A stretch of 64,000 nt of DNA from Paramoeba atlantica (lineage: Eukaryota > Protista > Discosea). The notes beneath the pieces were generated by a model. It worked only from the letters and a program-made list of their open reading frames with translations, was not told the DNA's origin and did not search any database. Each line of letters opens with the position of its first letter. Position 1 is the first letter of the stretch. The translations under genes were made by a program, and so were the position numbers. The DNA lies in the NCBI GenBank assembly GCA_977017575.1, contig CDRNVI010000078.1, forward strand, positions 1 to 64,000. The letters run 5' to 3'. This document shows, one piece after another, positions 52,301 to 62,226 of this stretch.

Positions 52301-54483
52301 ACTTTCGTCCCTGGTGTTAAATGTGGTCGAATCCAATACCTCGTTAATTGCTGCATGAGAGACACAGTTGTTTGAGTATCGCATAGAAGGTAAGGAACCA
52401 TAGCCACATCGTCCAATCCCTGATAATAAGGCGCCTCCAAATCGACAGAAAGGATATGATTCATAATGTAGCTAAGTTCATTTTGCTGGTGAGGATCTGA
52501 AGAATTTCCGTAGCGACATCGATGTAAGTCTTTTTGAACCTGGTGGTAATTGGGAAGAGCATCAGGTTTATTTGCCCTACCTAGCCGCATTGCAGTATCG
52601 AGATTACCCACTAACATTTGCTCCCATGCCTTGCACCGACGTTGCGCAGCGTCCTGTAATCCAAATTCAATGGCTCGCTGTCGTGTGCTCTCTAGAGAAC
52701 GGGCGGCATGAGGAGATTCCATGTGCTGTCGCTGTACGCGTTTTACCCACTGCTGCGCGTGATCTGGATTTAGAATAAGAAAAGGAGTAGAATCCACGAC
52801 AAATTTTTTTTCGTCCTTTATCAACCACATAATCCCCGAGTGCGTTTCCTGGCAAGTCATTCGAAAGAAAAATAAGGAAGTAGGTAGCCTCATTGGGTCT
52901 ATCACAGCGTTGTACAGCACATCCGCTTCGACCGGAGGATCCAAATGCGACATTTCAGAAACCTCTATGTTAGAAGCCAGCAAGAGAACTTGATTAGGTT
53001 CTGCGTCTTCCGGTGTACCGGCAAACAGTGCGATATCACAATGCGCTTTTAGTTTGTTGCTCGCGTGCCATGCCACATTGATGTGCCTATCGGTACTAAA
53101 CACAGGAATACGTCTTTCCCGGATAGATGCCGACTCCTCCCCATCAGGGAAGCCTCCAGCAATAAGACGAGCCTCCGGAGAAACGAATCGCACGTCATAT
53201 TGACTTTGTTGTCGTTGCACACGTATGTAGAACTTTTCGCTGTACGTAAACTCTGTGGTGGGTGGGGAAAAGTTGTTTTGCTGTGTGGGAGGATCGATGA
53301 TGTCGACGTGGTGAAATGCTACGCGGTACCAACCCGTTCGCATGCGAGACATTGGCACAAGCAATCTCCAGTAGTGCTGAGCGTGATCCTTAAAATACTT
53401 CGTTCTTACTGCATTCTTTCGGCTAATAGAGTAATAGCGAGCAAGAATCTCCTTAAGTGGGATCGTGTGCGATCTGTCCGCGTCCATTGAGCGTCTCCAA
53501 GGTGTCATTTTCTGAGAATCCCCTCTTGCAGCGGAACCGAAAGACATATCTAGGCTGACCTCTGGCACAGGAGAAAATTCATCGGACCCCGGGGCTTGAT
53601 GTTGCAAGCTCAGCGCGGCCAATGGGCCGACGGATTTATCCCATGCACGGTAAAGAAATCGAACGATGACTTGTGAGTACCCACCTGGTACAATTTCAAC
53701 GAGATTAGGGTGATACGTCGGTGCATACGAAGGTTCTTGAATATGCAACACTCCGCGTCGCATTAGAGTAAACGGGGTGCTGTACCGAAGCCCCACGCTA
53801 AAGACGTAGCACCCGAATGTCAGTTTGTTAAACAAATCTTGTGAAGCAAGGTCTTTCCCCACAGGATTTGGTACAATAACGACAATACTTTTCCCAGAGC
53901 CACTCCACGTGACGTTTGGCAACGTGACACAACTTCCTTCTTCCGTGTTCCTTAGGGCCGGATGAAACTTATTGAGATCAACTCGACACATCTCAACCGA
54001 CTCAGTATTGCGATGTAGAGCTTGGGTGGCAAAGGTTTTGTACCAAGCTTCATGATGAGGTGACCAGGGTTTCTCTTTCAACTCTACTGCGTCTCCCATG
54101 AAGAGAATTGGGCCACGGTACGCGTCATAAGTAGGTTCCGAGATTTGTACGCCTGGAGGTAGATGTAAGGTGGTATTTGCTTTTCCATGACCCCCCACGT
54201 CCCAATGCGTGTATCTAATCCACTGTGGTGAGAGGTACTTCGGTGGGCGATACATTTCTGAGACCAACAAGCTAGGGTCGCGGTTTAGAACCTCAGCAAA
54301 TGGACCTTCAAATTTCATGATAGATTCAGCTTTTGTGAGGTTGTAGGGCCCTTTCGGTGAAAAACGATTCGTCTCTTGTACCTCGCCGTCATGAGATTCT
54401 ACACTTCTGTTCGCCATTGATGAATCGCGCAGAGGTGCCGATAACAGTAAGAATAATGCCACGCAACGTACAAGCTGAAACAT
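49330..54483 (-). CDS. Large TBC (Rab-GAP) domain protein with a signal peptide, paralogue 2
   Basis: VQKDLHRC and YYQGLDDV fingers; likely start MFQLVRCVALFLLLSA at 54483; collinear with 35430-39860 plus a longer low-complexity tail. Confidence 0.85.
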   Translation of the reverse strand: MFQLVRCVALFLLLSAPLRDSSMANRSVESHDGEVQETNRFSPKGPYNLTKAESIMKFEGPFAEVLNRDPSLLVSEMYRPPKYLSPQWIRYTHWDVGGHGKANTTLHLPPGVQISEPTYDAYRGPILFMGDAVELKEKPWSPHHEAWYKTFATQALHRNTESVEMCRVDLNKFHPALRNTEEGSCVTLPNVTWSGSGKSIVVIVPNPVGKDLASQDLFNKLTFGCYVFSVGLRYSTPFTLMRRGVLHIQEPSYAPTYHPNLVEIVPGGYSQVIVRFLYRAWDKSVGPLAALSLQHQAPGSDEFSPVPEVSLDMSFGSAARGDSQKMTPWRRSMDADRSHTIPLKEILARYYSISRKNAVRTKYFKDHAQHYWRLLVPMSRMRTGWYRVAFHHVDIIDPPTQQNNFSPPTTEFTYSEKFYIRVQRQQSQYDVRFVSPEARLIAGGFPDGEESASIRERRIPVFSTDRHINVAWHASNKLKAHCDIALFAGTPEDAEPNQVLLLASNIEVSEMSHLDPPVEADVLYNAVIDPMRLPTSLFFFRMTCQETHSGIMWLIKDEKKFVVDSTPFLILNPDHAQQWVKRVQRQHMESPHAARSLESTRQRAIEFGLQDAAQRRCKAWEQMLVGNLDTAMRLGRANKPDALPNYHQVQKDLHRCRYGNSSDPHQQNELSYIMNHILSVDLEAPYYQGLDDVAMVPYLLCDTQTTVSLMQQLTRYWIRPHLTPGTKVTRSLFRLVHPLVEYKDPVGARHIEAASQAGGDYAFAWIATLFTTAYTKGPLHVVARMYDFFFATDPFFMPVYLSASMLIHARADLDRAYHDIVRQAEELGLEEPETFHMYQAIFSVPHRYGTTEIDELYGSGKTDEPLENVLAYALELYKVCPPERLMLYEPGTNPCLGQRPNEEGDQSSDVVSPVLSPNVTLSPIDTPSQSILDSDQLLSEGAVSSVRVDVLMSFEDTVEKLMNDPEFVYIESADSEPLPSSRCAEISLTDRNSRPSSAGLFGKSNKDSTEVEYTNSTLSDVRLNRRPRKSSSSRRSSSSRRDRSRSDMGIPNPFRFFAAPERKGGHSRSPSPHGSSTASKSSSPVDCMSVLDAAGPLEDAYVALQLDELESTLQDTVNQLFNSETASLSGETPETTLRQELQEAYAQAFKRWKRWNSRSAEFLMKPFLYEEMLEWAKNPLASSIMHLTAPAILQAIDEVLQQEQAMEEFSDPKSAASCPEIPSNETVGSDSRFQIKRSSTHSQFLYDGGRSLLQMALRLYIPQHDLYVQLRQFLSRTRMSVALQRPSLYITSGNDLQQLQSLFISAKYSAQDKEVRTANRVESVISTEVEEIVNKGSYIKGARARPAAFILSSGTSQFEVDPFTVESDGSCRIRVLLPRFKQYIYSTEEQLTETLSNLYYRLFDEFQRSPCYSLRIPVDELTHDFVRHVLYYHLKRLPEGQWNNQTYCTKAIAQYNTKALIDTLLRAPDLMIHRLNQPFGAHAVYFCAGSRKGSKIYTKALNKAFGRAVLSRREEEAKRSMFGSGTGGCRSRSRSRLRGRTLSHASPTPSSSHLSAPPAPPPQPIHLTPSRFRVGSYEEEPILREQQNHTATADGSEWDETSTCSALGSSREPEESGGTSLWEEGWETTSGPGEGSSMQLRGKEEEEEDPFLGPVESNAETQQWGEEGKNSEEMESGSSPKRLVVHPAANSAEADFSVPQGVTRRKLSGVPLHSKEE

Positions 54484-55031
54484 TCCTATTTTTTCCTTTC
54501 TCATGACAACATGACAAGTAAAATAAATTACGCGTAAAATTAGGCAGTCAAATTATTCGATGTGATTAATAGGGAAAAACGATTCTCCGCTTTATGAAAT
54601 ACAATACTATAAAAGAATAGTAGTTACTTCTCCATTCATAGCTCAAAGGAACTACAGGCAGTTCTCGAATGGCCCATTACTCATCATTCAAATCTTCCCA
54701 ACGAACTCTTAATTATTCCACAAAAAACGAGCGATTTTTTACTTATTTCCACCCCACTGATCGCGAAAGACAATATGGACACCGAAATTCGGGGCGAATC
54801 ACCTTGCACACGCTCTCTGAACATTCATGAGGCTGCTGCGTTTCGGATGCAGCCTTGGCGACCATTACTGATCTAGCCCAGTCCCCTGTACCAGGCGTTC
54901 ACTCCTGTCAGCGTGAGACAAGAGGCGTGTAGCTACTTGATGTTAAATTTTGATTCCAGAGTGCGACGCACTTTAGGGATTATTCGTCTCCGCCCCTGAC
55001 TGCTCCAGAGGTTCTCTCAGGAGATCGACAT

Positions 55032-55532
55032 TTACGGTTCGTCATGGGATCGAATTCTTTTTGCCTTTAAGTATACCCCAATCTCTTTGTGGTCATTCGC
55101 AAAAGCCAAATCCTCCGCAGTCTTTCCCGCCTTACTCATGTGAGACAAACACAATGGACTGTGATTGACCAGTACTCGCGTTATTTCTTCCCATCCCCCA
55201 GCCGCAGCGTAGTGCAGCGGTGTCTTCCCGGCATCATCGATGCCATCGCAGTGCGCTCCATAGCGCAGCAAAATATCTACGATTTCTTTGTGACCACGAG
55301 AGGCCGCGAAATGCAACGCGGACCATTTTTGGTTATCAAACGTTCGAGCGGAAGCCCCGTGTGAGAGAAGAAGTTCCGCCACAGCGCCCTGACCGGAGTG
55401 TGAGGCGTGGTGTAGCATTGTCATGCCATTGCGGTCACGCTCTTCGGTGGCGTTGGAGTGCTGTAGGAAAATCCGAATGCGTTCGAGGTCACCTGTGCGA
55501 CACGCGTCGTACAGAGATTGTTCAGAGGACAT
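55032..55532 (-). CDS. Ankyrin-repeat protein (gankyrin-like size)
   Basis: Repeats GMTMLHHAS, KWSALHFAA, GKTPLHYAA; likely start MSSEQ at 55532. Confidence 0.9.
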   Translation of the reverse strand: MSSEQSLYDACRTGDLERIRIFLQHSNATEERDRNGMTMLHHASHSGQGAVAELLLSHGASARTFDNQKWSALHFAASRGHKEIVDILLRYGAHCDGIDDAGKTPLHYAAAGGWEEITRVLVNHSPLCLSHMSKAGKTAEDLAFANDHKEIGVYLKAKRIRSHDEP

Positions 55533-55714
55533 AAGAAAAAAGAGCAATGATTGGGCTATAGAAAAAAAGCTTTGCGCTACAGACGTGCAGTGTACACTCT
55601 TGGACAATGACAAACTGTCACATAAGAAAATATCTTTAACAATTATTTCAAGGTTACAAGAGTTCTTTTTGATCGAAGACTTACATCTGCCTTTGCAAAG
55701 TGTGAACTGTTGCT

Positions 55715-57622
55715 TTACCGGAATCGTTGTCTTTTGCGCTTCATGACTGGTCGATTTTTCAAGCGGGGCGACGCATTGTTGATCGCGTCAGTAAAATTTT
55801 GTGTCGTTTCTTGTATGTCCTCCGAAGGATTCGATAACTTGTGTTCATCATGCGTCAAGCATGATACAACCGACTCTCTCGCGTGGTCTACTTCAATCGA
55901 TTCGACATCTTTGCGTGATACGTCCTTGGGTATGGGAATCTTTGATTCAGTGCGATATTTTTTGGACGCTTTAAAACCGCCCGCCTTCCCCAACGCGTGG
56001 GATACAAGCCGTCCAGAATGCTTGCTGCGTAGCTCACGGGTTCTTTGTCGAGAGAGATATTTGAATTTTCGTGATTCAGTTGAAGTGGCGTAGGGTGCAT
56101 ACCACCGCAATGGAGCTATTTCATTCAAAGTGCGATCATCAGTTGTCAAAATGTCGATGGCATCTAAAGCGATATCCTGAGAAGGTACAGTTGCGTACCG
56201 AAATTTCGTAGCGGTTTCAGTACTCAGCGGGGTCTGAAGATCACGAAGAGCTTCGCATACAGACGGATCAGACAGAAGTTGTGATTCCACAGCGCTTTTC
56301 TTTAAGGTATGAGAATAATCTGTACTATCCGTTCCCTGTAGGGAACGTAGGTTTGAATCACGGTGCATTTGATAGTCGTTTTCAATATTTTCGTTTTCGT
56401 CTGAGTGAAGTTCGCCGCTATCTTTTTCAGCGTAAAAGTTTTCACCAAAAAGACCACTCATCTGTTCGTCCCATTTTGAGGGATCAAAATCCCTTTTAAG
56501 AATGTCCGTAAGATTGAGCTGTTTTATGGACTCGGAACCTGCGACACGACTAATAGCTTCGATACGTTGTTTTCTCTCCTCTTGTTTCAATCTGCGTAAT
56601 CTTTGAAGTGATTCACGTTTATCTTGCTCGGCCTGCTGCTGCCTTTCTTCTTTGAGTTGTCTAGAATGTTTTCGAGACGAAGACTTATTCCGCAGGCTTT
56701 GTTCCGCTGTCCGTGGGTAGACGTAAATACGGGATTGTCCTTCGATCTCGTTGACGCCGATGCCGTTTTCTTTCTTTGTGTCATCCAGTTCTTGCTGTGG
56801 ATCATTCTTTTCGACTTCAGGATGTAATGAGAAGTCTTCTGACCTATTTGGTTTCTCAACGTGAGACTCTTCTTCTAAGTCTTCATTTGTGGAAATTATT
56901 TTTCTCCATCCATCTCCACGAAAATAATCCTTCAGAAACTTGTCCTCCTCGGTATCGGCTTTATTTTTCGTTAACACTTCGTAAAATCGCACAGACTTTG
57001 TAGGAGCTTGTATAGACTTTTCTTGTTGAGCTGGGCCTGTATTTGGTACCACCTTAATGATATCATCTTGTATTTCTTGACTATTACTCCGCTCCTCCCT
57101 CGCAGCTAGCTCTAGAAAGCGTGCTCGAGTTTTTTCTGCATCAGGATCATACACAAGTCGTGAATTTCCTTTAAGCGTGAACTCGGTAATATGTGACTCG
57201 GAATCCGGAGCCTGATCAAAATTGTCAGAAACACGTTGCGAAAGTTGTTCCGAGATCTGTCTCTTCAGTGTAAGCGGCGTATGCTCCTGGCTGGATTTTT
57301 GAACCTCGTCGTCGCTCAGCACTGCTGTAATTTCATCGTCCCACAAGGGCTTCTTCATATTCTTCAAGGACTCTGGATTATTTCGAATTTTCCACAGAAC
57401 ATCTGCGAAGACATTTTCACTTTTAGTTGTACATAGGACAGCCTCGTCGTCTTCTATAACTCCCGCTTCACTGTCGGAATCTGAATCTCCGTAAGTACGT
57501 CGTAGTCTTCGAAGTTCGTACGCCTTTCTGCGATCTTCAAATGTCTTTGCATATCCCTCATTAATTGTCAGATGTGAGCGTTCATCCTCATCGGATTCGC
57601 TTAGTAAATCTATCTGTTGCAT
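55715..57622 (-). CDS. KRI1: KRI1-like 40S ribosome biogenesis protein
   Basis: LTINEGYAKTFE..KAYEL, EDKFLKDYF..GW, DFDPSKWDEQM..F...Y, KFRYATV..DILTTDDRTLN..PL..YAPY. Confidence 0.88.
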   Translation of the reverse strand: MQQIDLLSESDEDERSHLTINEGYAKTFEDRRKAYELRRLRRTYGDSDSDSEAGVIEDDEAVLCTTKSENVFADVLWKIRNNPESLKNMKKPLWDDEITAVLSDDEVQKSSQEHTPLTLKRQISEQLSQRVSDNFDQAPDSESHITEFTLKGNSRLVYDPDAEKTRARFLELAAREERSNSQEIQDDIIKVVPNTGPAQQEKSIQAPTKSVRFYEVLTKNKADTEEDKFLKDYFRGDGWRKIISTNEDLEEESHVEKPNRSEDFSLHPEVEKNDPQQELDDTKKENGIGVNEIEGQSRIYVYPRTAEQSLRNKSSSRKHSRQLKEERQQQAEQDKRESLQRLRRLKQEERKQRIEAISRVAGSESIKQLNLTDILKRDFDPSKWDEQMSGLFGENFYAEKDSGELHSDENENIENDYQMHRDSNLRSLQGTDSTDYSHTLKKSAVESQLLSDPSVCEALRDLQTPLSTETATKFRYATVPSQDIALDAIDILTTDDRTLNEIAPLRWYAPYATSTESRKFKYLSRQRTRELRSKHSGRLVSHALGKAGGFKASKKYRTESKIPIPKDVSRKDVESIEVDHARESVVSCLTHDEHKLSNPSEDIQETTQNFTDAINNASPRLKNRPVMKRKRQRFR

Positions 57623-57830
57623 ACAGCAGAAAAGCTGTATAATAAAGTGTGTTAAAGTTTTTCTATTTCGAAAATTTCTTTGTTGAATAATTAAACAAAA
57701 AGGCTAGAAAAATATGATATCAAATATCATATTTTACTAGGGGAAATACAATATCCGATATCCCTTTCCTGATGTACAGTAAATCACGGCACACAATACC
57801 CCGGTGCGAGTGCACAAGAAACATAACGCC

Positions 57831-58709
57831 TCATTCGGCTTGTCGGGCGCATCTCAAGAAGTATAAATCCAACATGAGCGCCTTTTTTTTGAGAGCTTCC
57901 CTTTCCCTAACACTTGTAAGCGTATTGATCATTTGTTGAATCTCTGAGTTCAGGATGTGCAAATTTGCCTTTATAATTTCTAGACAAGGTGTTTCTTGTT
58001 CGTTCTTGTTTCTTACTTCATTTCCCTTCAACAAATAACGTTGTATTTGAGCTCGATGCATAAAGGGAAGGTCCGATTTAGCTTCTTTCGGAACCTGTGC
58101 ATACTCTGGAATAAGGGGATAACCCAAAGGGTATTCCGGCAAGATGCGCTTCTTTCTTTTCCATATCCAGTACGCGAATACGTGGGCTTTAACATCCAAG
58201 GATATATTCTCTACCTCGTCTAGCACAGTCTCATCGGGAAATGTGTCCTGCATATTTTCCCACATAAAGTCTTCTAAAAAATTCAGAAGAAGTCGAAGTT
58301 CGTTTTCTGTTATGCGTAGAGTGCATTTCCACATCTCTTCCGGAATTCCCGTTACCACTGGAACGGATGGTAAATTGATAAAGTGACAGTGCGACGAACA
58401 AGAGGCCTCACTCTTTACACCATTTCTATTTTCCTCTGAATGAGCGAAAAGGAATTCAGCATCTTCGTGGTCAATCGTATAAGGCGCGATTTGTGCCGCT
58501 GGTGGGGCGCGAAGTGTAGTCACTGGAAGCTGAAATTTCGTTGCACATTTCTTTGGAACAGACTCTCGCTTCGAGTACCGAGGCAATAAGATGGGGGGCA
58601 ATACCTCGGGTTTGGGTGGGTGGGGTAATGGAACCCTTGTAACACAGAGAGGATCGTCGAACGAGAATTTTAGGTCCAAACTTTGCATGAGTGCCTCGCG
58701 TGTGTACAA
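57831..58709 (-). CDS. Enhancer-of-polycomb-like (EPL1 N-terminal domain) protein
   Basis: YTIDHEDAEFL, LLLNFLE, VFAYWIWKRKKR..PLIP, LPFMHR, REALKK. Confidence 0.7.
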   Translation of the reverse strand: MYTREALMQSLDLKFSFDDPLCVTRVPLPHPPKPEVLPPILLPRYSKRESVPKKCATKFQLPVTTLRAPPAAQIAPYTIDHEDAEFLFAHSEENRNGVKSEASCSSHCHFINLPSVPVVTGIPEEMWKCTLRITENELRLLLNFLEDFMWENMQDTFPDETVLDEVENISLDVKAHVFAYWIWKRKKRILPEYPLGYPLIPEYAQVPKEAKSDLPFMHRAQIQRYLLKGNEVRNKNEQETPCLEIIKANLHILNSEIQQMINTLTSVREREALKKKALMLDLYFLRCARQAE

Positions 58710-58822
58710 CAGACGCGGATTTAGTAGCGTAACATTGAGTAGAAGTCACAACATCACTAAGAATAAAAGAGGGGTTTTACACGTCGCGCCGTGTATGAAT
58801 AAAAATTTGTGTACCCAAAATA

Positions 58823-59544
58823 CTGTCCCCCCCTACTTAAGAGTCCGCCGATTTTGGGCATTTGGACTCTTAAGTGGGGGGGATCACAATTTTTCGGACT
58901 CTTAAGTAGGGGGTCAGCATTTTTTCATAAAATTTCTATATAGCCGGTTCCTTTTTTGTTTATATTTTCTTACTCTATTTTTTTTCTCTATTTTGGTCTA
59001 ATGAAGATCGGCGTCTGTACCCCACGTGCTGTTCAAAAAAACTGTCATAAATATTCAAAATATGACCTTTGATATGCAGGAGAATATAATGATATTCGTA
59101 ATGCAATACCGCGCACACTTGGGATAGAAGAGAACGAGGTTGGCTACGGAATGGGGTAACGGAAGGTTACCTTGGTTAGGTGGGGAGATAGATGAAGGGG
59201 GTTGGTCGGCAGATTTGCCGTTCTCGTGTGAGGAGGGTGATCGGAGGGGAGGAGAACTTCGATCAGTTCGAGAGAGTTGAAGGGGGTTGAGGAGGCTGGT
59301 TGTGTCCCATGCCTTCCCGTAGTCTACTCCTTCCTCGGAGTACTATCAAGTATAAATAGCTTGGAAATATTAAAAACGCAACTAAACGCAATGGGCAGAC
59401 AACATAAAAAAATCATAGAAAATAGAAAAAAATCAAAAAAAAAAATCTGGCGGCGCTTCGCGCCGCAGGCAGCCCGAGGCTCCGTCAAAAAGGACTCTTA
59501 AGTAGGGGGGTACCCCGCGGACTCTTAAGTAGGGGGGGGGACAA
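58823..59544. mobile_element. MITE family A, copy 2 (722 bp, inverted)
   Basis: Near-identical reverse complement of 17928-18647; TA TSD. Confidence 0.95.
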
Positions 59545-59653
59545 TACCTGTCAACACATTTTTTCCCTCCACCACATGACGACCATCAACCCTATGTACA
59601 CTGTACCACCCCTCCTTACTTGTACTGCCCACCCCCACCCCTCTATCCCCACC

Positions 59654-60286
59654 CTAATCCCACCTGTACCTCGGTCGTATCACCGGACCCGTCACCTTCT
59701 CCGGGCACCGTTGCAGCACATTCGGATCCTGATACCTCTCCGTCAACCCCAACGGTCGTTGTATCTCATACAACCACGCATGCCGCCTCCTTGCCACCTC
59801 CCTCACCACCCCCTCCGTTCCCTCCCCCCTTCCCACGCTCTCCCGTGCCGTGCGCATCCCGTGGAGCTCCCCCGCGACGGCCGGCTCCCCGGGGCGGTAC
59901 GGGTCGTAGGCGCCGGAGTGCCTGTGGTGCCGCCGCATCCACTTGGTGCAGTACGCGCGGTGCATGTCGGTCTGCACCTCGACCCACTGGTACGACGGGT
60001 TCACGACGCTGTGGCGCAGTGCCATTACCCCGGGGGCCGTGGAGTGGAGGGTGTAGGTGCGGGGGTGGAGCGTGGCGCCGGGGCCGTCGTGGTAGAGGGG
60101 GGCGCGGGTGTAGTAGCGGTGGTCGTAGCGGTGGCGCTGGCGGAGGAGCTGGGCGTGGGGGCCGGGGACGGGGGAGCCGAGGTCGAAGTTGAACTGGAGC
60201 AGGGTGCGGCGGCGGTGGTGGTAGCGGTTTTTGAGGTAGCCGGAGGTGGCTTTGCTGGCATAGGTGGTGGGGGTGGCGTGGAGCAT
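59654..60286 (-). CDS. Probable mitochondrial ribosomal protein bL27m
   Basis: Short presequence, then ASKATSGYLKNR (compare bL27 A.KK.GGS.KNGR), LLRQR and TLHSTAPGV (compare TLFA..DG.V). Confidence 0.6.
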   Translation of the reverse strand: MLHATPTTYASKATSGYLKNRYHHRRRTLLQFNFDLGSPVPGPHAQLLRQRHRYDHRYYTRAPLYHDGPGATLHPRTYTLHSTAPGVMALRHSVVNPSYQWVEVQTDMHRAYCTKWMRRHHRHSGAYDPYRPGEPAVAGELHGMRTARESVGRGEGTEGVVREVARRRHAWLYEIQRPLGLTERYQDPNVLQRCPEKVTGPVIRPRYRWD

Positions 60287-60650
60287 GGGGGGGGGAAGAG
60301 GAAAAGGAAGGAAAAAAGAAGGCGGGAAAAGAAGGTAGGCGATGGGGGTTGGGGGGTAAAAAGGGTGGAATCGTGAAGAAAAAGTGCGGATTGTGGAAAT
60401 GGGTGAGGGGGAAAAATCTACTAAACACTACTAGGGGGTTATTACTACTAAGGGGGGTGGCAAGATTGGCTTCTGTGTGTGGATTTGGCATTCAATTCCA
60501 AAAAAACAACGAAAATAAGGTGATCCTTGGAGATGACTACTCCCCCGTGGGCATGTTCCTTGTCTTTGCCTTTAAACACAGGTTCAACCTACCGCCCACT
60601 ACAAATCCTACCTACTCACTCCTGTTCACGTACAACACCCTCACCTCTAC

Positions 60651-61922
60651 CTACACCCATCCGGCACCATCAAACGAGACAGCATGTGTGGAGGGGATAC
60701 TCGGAGGGGACATGGGACACAGAACCGAGTCCGGCCCCTCACCCTGGGCCTCGCCCCCATAGGCACTCGCCCCGATCAACGGGGGACGCACCTCATCAAA
60801 CCACGGGCTGAGGAGTGCCGCCTTCGCGGAGACCCGTGCCATAGGGTCATACCGCAGCATCGAGGACAGCAGTGCCTCCCCCTCCGGGTCCAGCTCCGGA
60901 AACAGCGACCGCAGGGGCTGCGCCCTCCACTGCGGGAACTGCGGGCAGAAGTCCTCCAGCCCCTCCACGGCATGCCACACCCCCGCATTCGGGGTCCCGA
61001 GCAGCTGGAATATCTTATAGAGCTGGTCAATCTCGCAGTCCCCCGGGAACAGCGGGGTGCCACGCCCCAGCAGCTCCCCGAGTATACACCCCACACTCCA
61101 CACATCCACCGCAGCCGTGTAACTCGGGGACCCGAGCAAGATCTCCGGCGGTCGGTACCACTGCGTCACCACCTCCCGGGTGTACTCCGGGGTCGGGACA
61201 TGAAACGCCCGCGCGAGTCCAAAGTCCGCCAACTTCACCTCCTCCGCATCCGCACTCACCAGAATGTTATGCGGCTTCAAGTCCCGGTGCAGCACCCGTC
61301 GCCCGTGGCAGTGACACAGCCCCGCGAGGATTTGGAACACAATCCGCTTGATGGCGTGCCAGGTCGTTTTTGTGTTCGTAGGGGTCATGGTCTCTGCCCC
61401 CCCCTCGGCCCCCCCCTCCCCGAAGGCCCTCTCCATCCACGCCTTCAGGTCCATGTCGACGAACTCGAACACGAGCGCGAGGCGGGCGGGGGTGCAGACG
61501 ACGTCGTGGAGCCGCACCACGTTGGGGTGGTCCAGCGCGAGCAGCAGGGAGGTCTCGCGCAGCGCGGTGGCGGGGATCCCCTCCTCGGCGTCCTCCGTGG
61601 TGCGCATCTTCTTCAGCGCGACGGTGCGGCCGGTGAGGGTGTCGCGGCACTGGTACACCGCCCCGTACGTGCCCTCCCCGAGCTTCATCTGCTTCACGTA
61701 GCGCTGGGTGGGGTCCGGGGCGCCGGGGGGGAGGGGGGGCGGCGCCGGGGAGGGGGGGCCGGTGGCGTTGGTGCGGTCCACGCCGAAGGCCGGGGGGTCC
61801 GCGCCTCGGGCACGTTTCAGGGGTAGGGCCTCCTGTGTGGGGTGCGGGGGGGCGGTGACGCAGGTGGGGTGGACGTGGGTGTGGGGGAGACGGGGCTCGT
61901 GGTGACTTCCGGGGTGGGTCAT
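60651..61922 (-). CDS. Cyclin-dependent kinase (CDK1/CRK-like); start uncertain
   Basis: GEGTYG, VALKK, PSTAIRE-box variant EGIPATALRE, HRDLKPHNIL, DFGLAR, YTREVVTQWYRPPE. Confidence 0.93.
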   Translation of the reverse strand: MTHPGSHHEPRLPHTHVHPTCVTAPPHPTQEALPLKRARGADPPAFGVDRTNATGPPSPAPPPLPPGAPDPTQRYVKQMKLGEGTYGAVYQCRDTLTGRTVALKKMRTTEDAEEGIPATALRETSLLLALDHPNVVRLHDVVCTPARLALVFEFVDMDLKAWMERAFGEGGAEGGAETMTPTNTKTTWHAIKRIVFQILAGLCHCHGRRVLHRDLKPHNILVSADAEEVKLADFGLARAFHVPTPEYTREVVTQWYRPPEILLGSPSYTAAVDVWSVGCILGELLGRGTPLFPGDCEIDQLYKIFQLLGTPNAGVWHAVEGLEDFCPQFPQWRAQPLRSLFPELDPEGEALLSSMLRYDPMARVSAKAALLSPWFDEVRPPLIGASAYGGEAQGEGPDSVLCPMSPPSIPSTHAVSFDGAGWV

Positions 61923-62226
61923 GGGGGTAGGGAGGTGAGGGGTAGAGGGAATAATCGGTAAGGTTGGGGTATGGGTTCATTGTGATGCATGTGCAAAACG
62001 ATAGATTACCTTTTTTAAACACCATCTTCCTTTATTGAAGTGTGTGTACGTTCCTCTTTTACAAAATCTTAGATGGTAAGACAGTACTCACGTAAAATCA
62101 TGTGTGACTCTTTTGGTCCCCTAAAAATTAACTTCTTTCTCCACTTTCTTCCTCTTCCTGAGACTCTCTCACTTACACGCTTAGCACATGCCCCGTCCCG
62201 GGCGCTCCTCTCCCGCTTTGTACGCT

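Noticed and set aside
54780-55030. Possible snoRNA or other ncRNA between TBC paralogue 2 and the ankyrin gene
   Set aside because: Only a short hairpin and imperfect C/D-like boxes, on the strand opposite the host genes.
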